Positions 48,266 to 58,973 of a stretch of 64,000 nt of DNA are shown here, piece after piece; position 1 is the first letter of the stretch; the number at the start of each line of letters is the position of its first letter. Location: positions 160,001-224,000 of the forward strand of contig CAVVXT010000012.1 in NCBI GenBank assembly GCA_963752255.1. The letters are read 5' to 3'. The notes below the pieces were generated by a model. That model was given only the letters and a program-made list of their open reading frames with translations. It was not told where the DNA came from and did no database searches. The position numbers and the translations under genes are program-made. The DNA comes from Nitrososphaeria archaeon. GTDB taxonomy: Archaea > Thermoproteota > Nitrososphaeria > JACIWG01.

Positions 48266-50209
48266 CTATTCTATCAGCAATTTAATAGGATTAAATCTGA
48301 TGCCTCCGCCTTTAAAGAACTTGGTGGAAAATTCGTAGAAGATTAACCTTATTGACTGTATTCCGGCAGCAAATCCCTCGATAATTACGACCATAATGTT
48401 AACTATTATAAGACTTGGAATTATGCCGAGGGATGCGCCTAAAGTAACAGCAAAACCAGCGAGTACACCGTGGGCGATTGCGAAGGCGGCAAGTCGGATA
48501 TATGACATGGAGTTTGTTATAAAAGAAAGGAAGGTTTCGGTAAATTCACCGAATCCATCCATTAGTCTATCGCCAACCTTCAAGTCCTGTTTGCCCAGTC
48601 CCTTTAATATAGGTGCTAAAAACACTAACACTAACATTGCGACTGCTCCGAAGGTCAAAGGCTCATTTTCGGGTGATAGAAAAGCGCCAAACTGGATGCC
48701 ACCCAAGATCAGCCTATAGGCTAGAATCACTCCGATTATATAATAGATTAGACCGATCAACCCTTTTCCACTGAAAATCGCCTCTCTGATTTCGCCTTCT
48801 GTGACGTTTTTGACAACGTTTAGAGTCAACGCAAATCCGAGCTGAAGTACTCCAAATAAAAGTGACACACCAACAATAGTGTAAAATGAATCCGTAGGCC
48901 TCAATAGTAAGGGCTTGAATTCAAACAGGAAAAATGAGCCATAGAATACTCCAAATATCATAGCTGAAAGCCCTCCTGTCATCATTATAATTCCAAGACG
49001 ATTTATTGTGCGCTTTGACAGCCCGATGAAAGATTTTCTCATCCTGTAAAAAAGAAAGCCCCAGACGAGTATTATCAGCCCATCACCGACGTCTCCAAAC
49101 ATCCATCCATACATGACCGGAAAGAAAACTGCAAATAGCAGCGTTGGATCAATATCTCTATAATCAGGTACCCCTCTCGCGGTTGTGAGCAATTCGAAAT
49201 TCTTCAGTAGACCTCTGTTCGATAATTCAACCGGCACTTCTTCGTCTCCCCTCGGATCCTCTAGAGTAAGATAAAGGACTCCATTAGTCAACTTTGAGAC
49301 ACTTGTTTCCAAATCCTTTGTCGAACGCTCAGGAATCCATCCTTGAACTATGCAGAAGTTTTTAGTTCTAAGCAGCGATGACCTTGCTTCTTTCAAAAAG
49401 CTTACGTATACTCTCTTCGCATCTAGTTCACTAAATATTTCTCTAAGCTCATTTTCTACCGAATAGACTTCCTTGAACTTGTCATCTATTATTCCTCTTA
49501 CCTTGTTCAGTGCGGTATTAGGGTCTGAAGGCAGATCTGATGGAAACTTGAATTCATTGAAATTGAGGAGGCTTAGTGCTTTTTCAACGTTTTGCTCGTA
49601 TTCGGTAAGCGCGGCAACAAATAAAATCGATTCTCTAGGCCCCACTCCTTTTGTTTCATAAATTACTCTAAAGTCTCTTAGAAATTCCTCGAGCTTAGGA
49701 ATAAATACGTTGTTTATTATACCGACCTTAACAAAAATGAACCTGTGATCGCCTACACTTCCAACATCGATGCCGCTGTCTTTCAGCAGCGTCAAATGAT
49801 CCCCCATCGTACTAAATTCTTCAATGTCCTTTATCAAGAGGTCAATTTGGTGTGCTAGCTGATCAATTTTTTTCTCATAAACAGCTATGTATCTTCTGAT
49901 ATCTTCGTCACTCAATTTAGCTGATTTCGTTGATAGGTTTGTGGGGGAGACCGATTCACTCGCGTGTTTTATGGATGATGGTGAAAACTTTTCCTCCAAC
50001 GCCTGTAAAGAGTCCAAAAGCACCCTTGACCTTTCACACATTCTAATGAAACCGTCATAAAGTTCAAGATTTTCCGGCTCCTCACCTATGGAGGCACGCT
50101 CGCTGATCAGCTGGACTGCTCCTAGCCTGCCTATCTCTTCCAAAGTTCTGACTTCATGACTCCGTTGTACAGCGAGGTAGAATTTCTTCATTTTAACAGG
50201 CTTAAGCAC
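48266..50209 (-). CDS. atpI: A/V-type ATP synthase subunit I (a)
   Basis: MLKPVKMKK, QGWIP, P.Y.DIDPT, GWMFGDVG.G, SYIRLAAFAIAH (essential Arg), RLIFYEF..KF. Confidence 0.95.
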   Translation of the reverse strand: MLKPVKMKKFYLAVQRSHEVRTLEEIGRLGAVQLISERASIGEEPENLELYDGFIRMCERSRVLLDSLQALEEKFSPSSIKHASESVSPTNLSTKSAKLSDEDIRRYIAVYEKKIDQLAHQIDLLIKDIEEFSTMGDHLTLLKDSGIDVGSVGDHRFIFVKVGIINNVFIPKLEEFLRDFRVIYETKGVGPRESILFVAALTEYEQNVEKALSLLNFNEFKFPSDLPSDPNTALNKVRGIIDDKFKEVYSVENELREIFSELDAKRVYVSFLKEARSSLLRTKNFCIVQGWIPERSTKDLETSVSKLTNGVLYLTLEDPRGDEEVPVELSNRGLLKNFELLTTARGVPDYRDIDPTLLFAVFFPVMYGWMFGDVGDGLIILVWGFLFYRMRKSFIGLSKRTINRLGIIMMTGGLSAMIFGVFYGSFFLFEFKPLLLRPTDSFYTIVGVSLLFGVLQLGFALTLNVVKNVTEGEIREAIFSGKGLIGLIYYIIGVILAYRLILGGIQFGAFLSPENEPLTFGAVAMLVLVFLAPILKGLGKQDLKVGDRLMDGFGEFTETFLSFITNSMSYIRLAAFAIAHGVLAGFAVTLGASLGIIPSLIIVNIMVVIIEGFAAGIQSIRLIFYEFSTKFFKGGGIRFNPIKLLIE

Positions 50210-50467
50210 TTACAGATCTCCTTCCATGAAGAAGATTCAAATCGATATTTAAATCTAATCGGACCTAATTTATGTTTGTAATGGAAAAGGAGTGAATAGA
50301 TAGTCCAAGAAAAGTGTGTACTCTAATACTCTTTACATTCAAAAAGAATCTGTAACCTAAAAGGTATTGAATGAACCTTTAATTTCTGTTTTTCTCATTC
50401 CAGAGAGCTATAAAAAGGCTAGGAGAACGTTTATTAATTGTAGCACTTAGCATGTATTGATTGGGTC

Positions 50468-50794
50468 ATGAGTGTAACAGCTGTAGGTGATAGCTACTTC
50501 ATTACAGCTTTAAGACTGGCTGGTGTTGATGGAAGAAATGCTCATGACGTCCGTGAAGCTGAACAGGTAATTGATCAGCTTATCAAGGAAGGTAGGTGTA
50601 AAGTTCTGTTGATACCTGAGGATTTAGCATTAAAGCTCAAAAAAAAGCGAAAGGAGCTCTCTAATAATAAACAGATCTACCCGGTTTTTGCCATAATCCC
50701 TGGTCTAAATGGTCCGGTTGGCGAACGTGTTAAGGAGATTCACCAATTCATAAGCCAAGCAGTCGGTGTAAAGCTCAAACTATCTGAAGAATAG
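50468..50794 (+). CDS. atpF: A/V-type ATP synthase subunit F
   Basis: AVGD..FITALRLAGV, YP...IP, QAVGVKL. Confidence 0.9.
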   Translation: MSVTAVGDSYFITALRLAGVDGRNAHDVREAEQVIDQLIKEGRCKVLLIPEDLALKLKKKRKELSNNKQIYPVFAIIPGLNGPVGERVKEIHQFISQAVGVKLKLSEE

Positions 50795-50811
50795 AATGAG
50801 GCGCCAAAGAT

Positions 50812-51123
50812 ATGCCGATCATAAAAGATTTGGTAGATGAAGAAAAAAAGACGGAGGAGATTATAAAGGAAGCTGAAGACAGAGCCAAGGAAGTAGTAAA
50901 CACTGCAAAGAAAAAGGCCGATGAGCTCATTAGGGACGCTGAAAACGAAGTAAACGTCGTCAAAGATCTGACAGATCGTAGGGAATCAGAAATAGCTATT
51001 AAAAAAGAGACTGTAGTTAAAGGGTACAGCGAAAAATTAGAAGAGATCGAGACGGCGTGTAAAAGAAATTTTGGCGAAGCTGTAGATTTTATTCTAAACT
51101 ATATTCTAGGTGAGATTGCATGA
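50812..51123 (+). CDS. atpH: A/V-type ATP synthase subunit H (G), peripheral stalk
   Basis: Charged coiled coil of about 100 aa between F and E. Confidence 0.8.
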   Translation: MPIIKDLVDEEKKTEEIIKEAEDRAKEVVNTAKKKADELIRDAENEVNVVKDLTDRRESEIAIKKETVVKGYSEKLEEIETACKRNFGEAVDFILNYILGEIA

Positions 51124-51743
51124 GTATAGAATCACTTAAAATTGAGATAAGAAAGAAGGCGGAAGAAGAGTCTAAACATCTAATTGATACCGCAAATGAG
51201 GAAGGTGCAAGAATTATCAATCAAGCCGAAGAGGAAGCTAAACGCATTATTGAGAACAAGATAAAGGAAAACGACAAGAAGCTTACTGAAAAAGAGAAGA
51301 TCGAGCTATCGCTGGCTAGGATCGAAGGTAGAAGGAAGATTTTAAATGCAAAATCGAAGTACATCGCAGACGTATTTGAGGAGGTTGAAAAAAGGTTAAG
51401 GGAACTTCCGGAAAAAAATCCAACACGTTATAGGGACGTTCTAATCAATTATGCCGTAGAAGCAATTAACAATTTAGATGGAAAAGAATTATTTATAAAA
51501 GTAAACCGCCATGACCAAAAGATAGTTAACGAATTAACCGAAAAAATCAAAAATGAGTACAAAAAATCGAATGGAATCGTTGGACTACAAATTTCACCTG
51601 AACCCATTAATGCGATCGGCGGCGTTATAATCTATGCAGGAGACAAAAAGCAATACTATGTAAATACGTTTGAATCAAGATTAACGAAGATCAAATCAGA
51701 AGATGAAGGTAGAGTGCTTGAAATTTTGCTGGGATCTAAATAA
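51120..51743 (+). CDS. atpE: A/V-type ATP synthase subunit E
   Basis: N-terminal coiled coil, IGGVII, NTFESRL. Confidence 0.9.
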   Translation: MSIESLKIEIRKKAEEESKHLIDTANEEGARIINQAEEEAKRIIENKIKENDKKLTEKEKIELSLARIEGRRKILNAKSKYIADVFEEVEKRLRELPEKNPTRYRDVLINYAVEAINNLDGKELFIKVNRHDQKIVNELTEKIKNEYKKSNGIVGLQISPEPINAIGGVIIYAGDKKQYYVNTFESRLTKIKSEDEGRVLEILLGSK

Positions 51744-51755
51744 GAGGCTTTACGT

Positions 51756-53594
51756 ATGGGAAAAAGAATCGGCACTTTAAATAGAATTTCGGGTTCAGTG
51801 GTTATAGGAACAGGGATTCCGGATATTCAAGTTGGGGAAATAATATTTGTAGGCTCTGATGAACTTGTTGGAGAAGTTATCCGTATTTCAGAAGATACCT
51901 TTACAGCCCAAGTTTATGAGTCAACAAGTGGAATTGAACCCGGAGGAAAAGTTGTTGCGACAGGCAAAAAGCTGGTCACAGAAATCGGGCCAGGCATGCT
52001 CAACAGAATTTACGATGGTGTGGGGAGAAACCTTGAGCTTCTTGCTAAAGAAAGAGGCACCTTTATTACCCGTGGCGCAAAGGTGAGCACACTTCCCAGA
52101 GATCGGAAGTGGCATTTTAAACCACTAATTTCTAAGGGCTCAAAAGTGGAGTATGGAGACATCATAGGCGAAGTTCAGGAGACGCCTATGATGCAGCACA
52201 AAATCTTGATTCCCTATGGCCTACGGGGTACCATCGTGAAGATTGAGGAAGGTGATTTTAGGGTCGACGAGCCCGTGTATAAAATCTCATACGATGGCAC
52301 TGAGACTGAACTGACAATGATGCAAGAATGGCCCGTGAGAGTTCCTCGTCCTTACAAAGAAAACGGCCGACTACTTTTAAGTGAACCCTTAATTACGGGG
52401 CAGCGGGTCATAGATACTTTCTTTCCAATCGCTAAGGGTGGTTCAGCCGCAATACCTGGAGGCTTTGGCACTGGCAAAACTATTATTCTCCACCAGCTAG
52501 CTAAGTGGAGCGATGCCCAAGTTGTCGTATACATAGGATGCGGCGAACGCGGAAACGAGATGAGCGAGGTTCTCAAAGAATTTCCGAAGCTCAAGGATCC
52601 AAGAAGCGGGAGGCCTTTAATGGAAAGGACGATTTTGATAGCTAACACGAGCAATATGCCTGTCGCAGCAAGAGAATCCAGCATCTACATCGGTGCAACA
52701 ATGGCAGAGTATTATAGAGACCAAGGATACGATGTCGCAATAATGGCCGATTCCACTTCAAGATGGGCTGAAGCTCTCAGAGAGATCTCAGGAAGACTTG
52801 AAGAGATGCCTGTCGAGAGAGGGTATCCCGCCTATTTACCCGATAGGATAGCAGAGTTCTACGAGAGAGCGGGGCATGTAATAGCATCGGGAAAGCCCGA
52901 GCGGAAGGGATCAGTAACAATAATAGGAGCCGTTTCACCGCCCGGTGGGGACTTCAACGAACCTGTTACCATTAACACCCTCAGATTTACTAACGTCTTC
53001 TGGGCTCTTGACACTGAACTAGCCTACAGCAGGCATTTTCCCGCAATCAACTGGCTTAAAAGTTACAGCCTTTATTCTGAACAATTAATTAACACGATTA
53101 TACTAAACCTACAAAACCTCGCCCAACAAAAAGAGGACCTTGGAGAAATGAGAAACGATGTCACCCAATTTACCAAGTACAGGTCAGATACGCTCGGATT
53201 ACTTAATACAGCATCTGAGGTAGAGTCAATTGCAAGGGTAATAGGAGAAAGCGCTCTTCCAGATGAGCAAAGACTAATTTTGTTAACCGCAGAAATATTG
53301 AAGGAGGGTTTTTTAAGACAAGCAGCATTCGATGAGGTTGACGCATACTGCGATATGCTAAAACAGTTCCTACTGCTCAAAATGATTTTGAACTTTCATG
53401 AGAAGGCTATGTTGATGATAAAGCAAAGAGTTCCGTTTACAAGAATAAGGGAAATGCCACAGATTTCTATGATGATGAAGATAAAGGAGGACCCCAAAGG
53501 CATTGATAGCATTCTTGAGATTATGAAGGACACAGAAAATGCTCTCGAATTAATTGCCCTTGACTATGGTTTTTCCATAAAGGAGGTTAAGTAA
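51756..53594 (+). CDS. atpA: A/V-type ATP synthase subunit A
   Basis: [58 protein letters not shown]. Confidence 0.97.
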   Translation: MGKRIGTLNRISGSVVIGTGIPDIQVGEIIFVGSDELVGEVIRISEDTFTAQVYESTSGIEPGGKVVATGKKLVTEIGPGMLNRIYDGVGRNLELLAKERGTFITRGAKVSTLPRDRKWHFKPLISKGSKVEYGDIIGEVQETPMMQHKILIPYGLRGTIVKIEEGDFRVDEPVYKISYDGTETELTMMQEWPVRVPRPYKENGRLLLSEPLITGQRVIDTFFPIAKGGSAAIPGGFGTGKTIILHQLAKWSDAQVVVYIGCGERGNEMSEVLKEFPKLKDPRSGRPLMERTILIANTSNMPVAARESSIYIGATMAEYYRDQGYDVAIMADSTSRWAEALREISGRLEEMPVERGYPAYLPDRIAEFYERAGHVIASGKPERKGSVTIIGAVSPPGGDFNEPVTINTLRFTNVFWALDTELAYSRHFPAINWLKSYSLYSEQLINTIILNLQNLAQQKEDLGEMRNDVTQFTKYRSDTLGLLNTASEVESIARVIGESALPDEQRLILLTAEILKEGFLRQAAFDEVDAYCDMLKQFLLLKMILNFHEKAMLMIKQRVPFTRIREMPQISMMMKIKEDPKGIDSILEIMKDTENALELIALDYGFSIKEVK

Positions 53595-53596
53595 AA

Positions 53597-55027
53597 ATGT
53601 CACCCCAACTTCGTTTTGAAGACATTCAAGGAAAGATATACAGGGGTGTTAAAGAAATCAAAAGCTCTCTTGTATTTATTGAAAACGTAGCAGGTGTAGG
53701 TTACGATGAAATTGTTATAATAAGAGGCTCAGATGGAAAAGATAGACTTGGCCGAGTACTCGACATATCACACGACTTTGCCATCGTACAGATTCTCGGT
53801 TCAACAGATGGTCTACAAACCGATATGATAGTAAAATTTACTGGAACAGTTTTTAAGATTCCCGTCTCCGATGAAGCTCTTGGAAGAGTATTCAATGGAA
53901 TATTTAAACCCATAGATGGAATGCCGTCAATAGTTTCAAGCGATGTCAGAGATGTTAATGGCCTTCCAATAAACCCTGTTGCAAGAGCCTATCCCAACAA
54001 CTTTATACAAACGGGGATTTCGGCAATAGATGGCGTCTTGTCACTAATAAGGGGACAGAAGTTGCCTATATTTTCAGAAAGTGGTCTTCCGCACAATAGA
54101 ATTATAGCCCAGATAGCTAGACAGGCTACTGTCAGAGGGGAGAGCGAGGAATTTGCGTTGGTTTTTGCAGCGATGGGCCTGAAAAGCGATGAAGCCAGAT
54201 TCTTCTTGGAACAGTTCAGGAACTCTGGCGCTATTGAACGGTCAGTAATAATATTGAATCTCGCAGAGGACCCAGCTAATGAAAGACTTCTAACGCCACG
54301 AATTGCGTTAACGGTAGCTGAGCATTTAGCGTTTGACCTTGATCTTCATGTCCTAACCATCCTAAGCGATATGACGAACTATTGTGAAGCGTTGAGGGAA
54401 ATGAGCGCTGCAAGAGAGGAAGTACCTGGAAGGTCAGGATATCCTGGATACCTCTACAGTGACCTTTCCACGCTCTATGAGAGAGCAGGTATAAACGTTG
54501 GTAGGAAGGGATCTCTAACGCAGATGCCCGTGTTGACGATGCCTGGTGGAGATTTAAGAAACCCTATACCAGACCTTACCGGCTACATCACTGAAGGCCA
54601 GCTATTTCTAGACAGAGACCTGTACTCCCGAAGCATTTATCCTCCAATAAATATCCTGCCATCGCTAAGCAGGCTTATGGGAAGTGGTATTGGCAAAGAT
54701 AAAACAAGGGACGATCATGGAGATATAGCAGACCAGCTCTACGATGCATATTCCCGTGGGTCACGCGCTAGAGATCTTGCAAGAATTGTCGGAGAGATGG
54801 GGTTAAGCGAGAGAGAAAGAAGCTATCTAAGGTTTGCGGACTTGTTTGAGAAACAGTTCGTAAACCAAGGTGAAAACGTAAACAGGACGATTGAGGAAAC
54901 CCTAGACATAGCGTGGGAAACTCTGGCGTCCCTACAAGAGAGTGAACTCGTTAGAATCAGTGAAAGCTTGATTAAGAAATACCACCCGAAATACAAATCG
55001 AATAAGCCGGATTCCTCTACCGGATAG
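53597..55027 (+). CDS. atpB: A/V-type ATP synthase subunit B
   Basis: [53 protein letters not shown]. Confidence 0.97.
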   Translation: MSPQLRFEDIQGKIYRGVKEIKSSLVFIENVAGVGYDEIVIIRGSDGKDRLGRVLDISHDFAIVQILGSTDGLQTDMIVKFTGTVFKIPVSDEALGRVFNGIFKPIDGMPSIVSSDVRDVNGLPINPVARAYPNNFIQTGISAIDGVLSLIRGQKLPIFSESGLPHNRIIAQIARQATVRGESEEFALVFAAMGLKSDEARFFLEQFRNSGAIERSVIILNLAEDPANERLLTPRIALTVAEHLAFDLDLHVLTILSDMTNYCEALREMSAAREEVPGRSGYPGYLYSDLSTLYERAGINVGRKGSLTQMPVLTMPGGDLRNPIPDLTGYITEGQLFLDRDLYSRSIYPPINILPSLSRLMGSGIGKDKTRDDHGDIADQLYDAYSRGSRARDLARIVGEMGLSERERSYLRFADLFEKQFVNQGENVNRTIEETLDIAWETLASLQESELVRISESLIKKYHPKYKSNKPDSSTG

Positions 55028-55648
55028 TTGATAACTGTGTCAATGGGTCAAGTTTCAGCTACAAAAGGTGCGCTGCAGCGTTTAAGGGAGCAGATAAAGT
55101 TCACTGAAAAGAGTAAAGACATTCTCAAAATGAAAAGAGACCAACTCGCTGGGGAAATAAATAGACTTTTACATGAGATCCATCGCAGAAAAGAAATCGA
55201 AAAAATGTTTAGTGAGGCATACGAATCGGTAAAGTACGCATATGCTGTTGAAGGCTATGATGAAGTTTCCTCGATCGCCAACGCCACAGACCTTTTGGAA
55301 GTCCGCGCCAACCCAGTCAGTGTTATGAATGTGTTGATGCCTGAAGTTGAAGTCGTAAGAAAAGGGGGGTCTAAACAGATACCGTCGATAACACTATTTG
55401 TCCCAGCTGAAAAACTGAACAAGGCTATTGAAGAGGCGATTAATCTGGCCGTTGTTGAGGCAAAGATAGAGCAACTTGCAGGAGAGTTGATGGAGACTAA
55501 TAGAAAAGTGAATGCCCTGGAAAAGGTCATAATGCCGAGATATATATCGAGGGCTAAGTATATTGAAGATCGGTTAATAGAAGAGGATTTGGAGGAATTT
55601 TCTATTATGAAACATGTTCGAAACATAATAAGGGAGAGTCGCGAATGA
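55028..55648 (+). CDS. atpD: A/V-type ATP synthase subunit D
   Basis: LKMKRD.L, TNRKVNALE.VIMP. Confidence 0.93.
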   Translation: MITVSMGQVSATKGALQRLREQIKFTEKSKDILKMKRDQLAGEINRLLHEIHRRKEIEKMFSEAYESVKYAYAVEGYDEVSSIANATDLLEVRANPVSVMNVLMPEVEVVRKGGSKQIPSITLFVPAEKLNKAIEEAINLAVVEAKIEQLAGELMETNRKVNALEKVIMPRYISRAKYIEDRLIEEDLEEFSIMKHVRNIIRESRE

Positions 55649-56673
55649 ACCCCTTCTTAATATATTTGGTAACGCGAGCTCACGGCTTACACACACATCT
55701 GCTGACGGAAGAAAATTATAGGAACGTTCTGAAGATAAAAGATTTGAATTCATTAGTCCAATACCTTTTAAGAACAGACTATGGACCAGAAACAAGCAAA
55801 ATATCAAGTGAATCAATAAACTCTATGAAGCTTGGTCAAGTCTTTTACTCGGTGCTCATGTCACGGGTATATCATCTTATTCGGATTGCGCCGAGAGATT
55901 TTAGGGATTTTCTTTTTTTGTACGCTGGAAGATATGAAATGGAAAATGTCAAGAGAATTTTGAGATCAAAAAGAACTGGGAATCAAATAGGCACCGACAT
56001 GCTGCTGCCTATTCCCAGAGAATTTGCGATAATAAATTTTTCAGCCATGATAGAGGCGTCCACACTACAGGATTCTCTGGAGATTTTGAAGGCCACGAGA
56101 TACTCTACGATTATTGAAAAAACATCGTTGCTTCAGAAATATGGAATACAGACTTTACTCGAAGGCGCCCTCGATAAAATATACTTCAAAGATTTAGAGA
56201 AATCCCTTAACAGCATCCCTGACAATAGAAAAGTCGGAATCATAGTTGGCACAGAAGTAGATCTTCGCAACATAGGTCTTATGATAGATTTAAGAGCTCG
56301 TGACGTAGACCCAGAAACAGTTCTGTCGATATCATTTAAATCGTTTAGACTTAGGGACGAAGACGTAAACCAGATCGCTAGAGCGAAACCTAACATGGTA
56401 CCAGACATAATAATGAAAACACCCTATCAAAGATTCGCTTCACGTTTGAAGTCTACGTTTGAAGAAGGGAAAGTGGAAAGAATAGAACAGGTCATAAACA
56501 GCGAAATTTACTCTAAAGCAGTGTCGGTCGCAAGAGAGTCTCCCAACGACTTCGCATATATAATAGGATACCTTCAAATGGCTGAAATGGAAGCGAAGAA
56601 TCTAATTTCAATTGCTACTGGAATGGAGTTAGCCTTAGAAGAAGAAAAGATAAGATCCATGCTATATTTGTAA
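55645..56673 (+). CDS. atpC: A/V-type ATP synthase subunit C (d)
   Basis: YL.TRAHGL...LL, YEMENVK.ILR, EVDLRNI, EMEAKNL. Confidence 0.9.
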   Translation: MNPFLIYLVTRAHGLHTHLLTEENYRNVLKIKDLNSLVQYLLRTDYGPETSKISSESINSMKLGQVFYSVLMSRVYHLIRIAPRDFRDFLFLYAGRYEMENVKRILRSKRTGNQIGTDMLLPIPREFAIINFSAMIEASTLQDSLEILKATRYSTIIEKTSLLQKYGIQTLLEGALDKIYFKDLEKSLNSIPDNRKVGIIVGTEVDLRNIGLMIDLRARDVDPETVLSISFKSFRLRDEDVNQIARAKPNMVPDIIMKTPYQRFASRLKSTFEEGKVERIEQVINSEIYSKAVSVARESPNDFAYIIGYLQMAEMEAKNLISIATGMELALEEEKIRSMLYL

Positions 56674-56715
56674 TATACAATTTTCATACACTGGGAAAAA
56701 ATATCACTTTAGAGG

Positions 56716-57150
56716 TTACGGTATTTTAGCTAATATTTGGAACGCAATTAGAAGACCGTAGATAGCTATTCCCTCGCCTAGTCCTGCGAGTATCAGAATA
56801 GAGCCAAAAGCACCTGGCCTTTCAACGATTGCGGCAGCCCCAGCACTTGCAGCATAGCCTACTGCAATCCCGGCCCCAATGCATGATCCAGCTATTGCCA
56901 ATCCGGCCCCCAGCATTCCAAGCCCGCTTGAGATGTCAGAAGTTGTAGATGTAGAGTTTGTAGATGTCTGAGATGGAGCAGGAGATGCTGCGGCAAAAGA
57001 AATCCCGACAACTAGCGGGAACACTACTAGAACATTAAAGGCGGTAACAATCAAAAGGGACCTTCTGAAAGTACTCAAATGCTTAAACATTCTCACTGTG
57101 TACTGGATCAGAAAGTTTTTGATAGTGCTTCTCGTTCCCTTTGTAGTCAT
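56716..57150 (-). CDS. atpK: A/V-type ATP synthase subunit K (c, proteolipid) with N-terminal leader
   Basis: GAGLAI..IGAGIAVG..AAAIVERP..GLGEGIAIYGLLIA single hairpin; signal-like N-terminus and S/T-rich linker. Confidence 0.93.
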   Translation of the reverse strand: MTTKGTRSTIKNFLIQYTVRMFKHLSTFRRSLLIVTAFNVLVVFPLVVGISFAAASPAPSQTSTNSTSTTSDISSGLGMLGAGLAIAGSCIGAGIAVGYAASAGAAAIVERPGAFGSILILAGLGEGIAIYGLLIAFQILAKIP

Positions 57151-57266
57151 CGAATAACTCTTTCGATATTCTCTTTAAATACTTTTCCACAATTCATCCT
57201 CGCATTAAAAAAGTCAAGTATTTATTGCGGACAAATGCAAAACTATAAGTATTGGCTTGATTGCTG

Positions 57267-57342
57267 TCCTCTTGCGCAAGACCGTTAGTTCATTGAATCG
57301 GAAAAATCTGACTCAGGCTACTTCGATTTTGCATAAAGAGGA
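57267..57342 (+). promoter_or_regulatory. Structured leader (long hairpin) of the DEAD-box helicase gene
   Basis: About 29 pairs traced by eye over 76 nt; the basal stem TCCTCTT/AAGAGGA includes the SD-like GAGGA 10 nt before the TTG start. Confidence 0.6.
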
Positions 57343-57352
57343 ATAAAACAAA

Positions 57353-58597
57353 TTGAAAAAATTTCAAGAATTGGAGTTAGATCCAAGAATTAAGAAGGGA
57401 CTTTTTGATTCAGGTCTTATAGAAGCTTTTCCCATCCAAGAGAAAACTATAGACCCCCTTTTGTTAAAAAGAGATGTTATAGGACAGGCAAAAACAGGAA
57501 CAGGGAAGACTGCAGCATATGTCATCCCAATGCTTCAGACAGTTAATACAGAAAAAAGATATGTTCAAGCTTTAGTCCTTGCACCGACGAGAGAGCTTGC
57601 TGTGCAGATTACACAGGAAATCAGAAGACTCGGTAAATATACAAATGTCAAGGTAGTAACAATCTATGGTGGCCAAGCAGCAAGTGTTCAACTTGAAGCT
57701 TTATCACGCGGAGTTCAAGTCGTAGTCGGTACACCCGGAAGAGTGATCGATCTTATAGATAGAGGCAGACTGTCGCTCCAAGATGTAAAATATGTCGTAC
57801 TAGATGAAGCAGATACAATGCTCGACATGGGTTTCATAGACGATGTAAAGTACATATTGGACTTCGTATCTCCAGAAAGACAGACGAGCCTATTCTCGGC
57901 GACGATGCCGGAGAGAATTGTTCAATTGGCTGATAGTTATATGAATAATCCTGAAAGGATACTCATAGACTCAGATGAACCCTCTGTTGACACTCTAGAT
58001 CAGTATTACACTATAGCAGAAGAAATCGACAAACTTTCTGTTCTAATCAACATATTAGAGAAAGCTAAGCCTTCGACAACGATAATATTCTGTTCAACGA
58101 AATATAGGACAAATAAGCTGGCTCGAGAACTGGAACGGAGGTTTTTTAATGCATCACCTATAAACGGAGATCTTAGCCAAAATCAAAGAGATCACGTCAT
58201 GAACCTATTTAGATCAAGGCATCTCGATATACTTGTAGCCACAGACCTTGCAGGAAGAGGATTAGACATCCCCCACGTCGATTGTATAATAAACTATGAT
58301 GTGCCAAAGTATCCTCTAATATACTTCCACCGCGTCGGTAGAACCGCCCGAGCAGGTGGGTCAGGGAAATCGTTCACCATCATCTCAGGTGACGAATACG
58401 AAGATTTTGCACGGATAAAGAAGATGACTACTGCGGAAATAAAGCCTCTGTACCCGAACGACGAAAAATACGATTTCCAAATAAATTTTAGCAACGAATC
58501 TAGAAGTTCACAGAGAAGGTACCCAAGATACAACAATCATCGATACTCTAGGCCAGAAAACAGAAATAGATACAACTGGTATCAAACGAGTCGCTAG
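57353..58597 (+). CDS. DEAD-box RNA helicase (DeaD/CshA-like)
   Basis: Q motif FPIQ, AKTGTGKT, PTRELA, TPGR, DEAD, SAT, GRGLD, HRVGRTARAG; Arg/Asn/Tyr-rich tail. Confidence 0.96.
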   Translation: MKKFQELELDPRIKKGLFDSGLIEAFPIQEKTIDPLLLKRDVIGQAKTGTGKTAAYVIPMLQTVNTEKRYVQALVLAPTRELAVQITQEIRRLGKYTNVKVVTIYGGQAASVQLEALSRGVQVVVGTPGRVIDLIDRGRLSLQDVKYVVLDEADTMLDMGFIDDVKYILDFVSPERQTSLFSATMPERIVQLADSYMNNPERILIDSDEPSVDTLDQYYTIAEEIDKLSVLINILEKAKPSTTIIFCSTKYRTNKLARELERRFFNASPINGDLSQNQRDHVMNLFRSRHLDILVATDLAGRGLDIPHVDCIINYDVPKYPLIYFHRVGRTARAGGSGKSFTIISGDEYEDFARIKKMTTAEIKPLYPNDEKYDFQINFSNESRSSQRRYPRYNNHRYSRPENRNRYNWYQTSR

Positions 58598-58602
58598 TAT
58601 TT

Positions 58603-58624
58603 CCAGATGTCTAATCACATCTGG
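58603..58624. terminator. Hairpin just after the helicase stop
   Basis: Perfect CCAGATGT-N6-ACATCTGG, between convergent genes. Confidence 0.5.
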
Positions 58625-58690
58625 TAGATAATATGACACTACTTTAAACGAAAGGACATTGAACATTTGTTAAAAGGCCATTAATCGCGT

Positions 58691-58861
58691 TCATTGCTTT
58701 GGTTGAGTAGGAGCCGATGAAGCGTTACGTTTCTTATTTTGAAGATACTGGTTGTAGCACTTTAAGCTACAGGCAAGCCCTTCTCTACCACCGCTTAATT
58801 TAAAATATTTATCTTTGTGAATGTTTATGTTCTTGTTACATACCGCACATTTGTCAACCAT
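58691..58861 (-). CDS. Small treble-clef (TRASH/FCS-like) Zn-finger protein (56 aa, not in ORF track)
   Basis: MVDKCAVCNKNINIHKDKYFKLSGGREGLACSLKCYNQYLQNKKRNASSAPTQPKQ with CxxC and CSxxC. Confidence 0.7.
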   Translation of the reverse strand: MVDKCAVCNKNINIHKDKYFKLSGGREGLACSLKCYNQYLQNKKRNASSAPTQPKQ

Positions 58862-58973
58862 ACACTCTTACTCTAAACATCACACTCAAACATCAGCTAG
58901 ATAAATCTTTGCATAGATTTCAAATATAAGACGTGTCTAAACCTTTTAACATACAAAAAACAAAAATTCGTAT

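Noticed and set aside
57274-57335. Helicase leader hairpin as an H/ACA guide RNA (stem followed by ATA)
   Set aside because: No convincing K-turn and the pocket is very small; position directly at the SD favours a cis-leader, though not fully excluded
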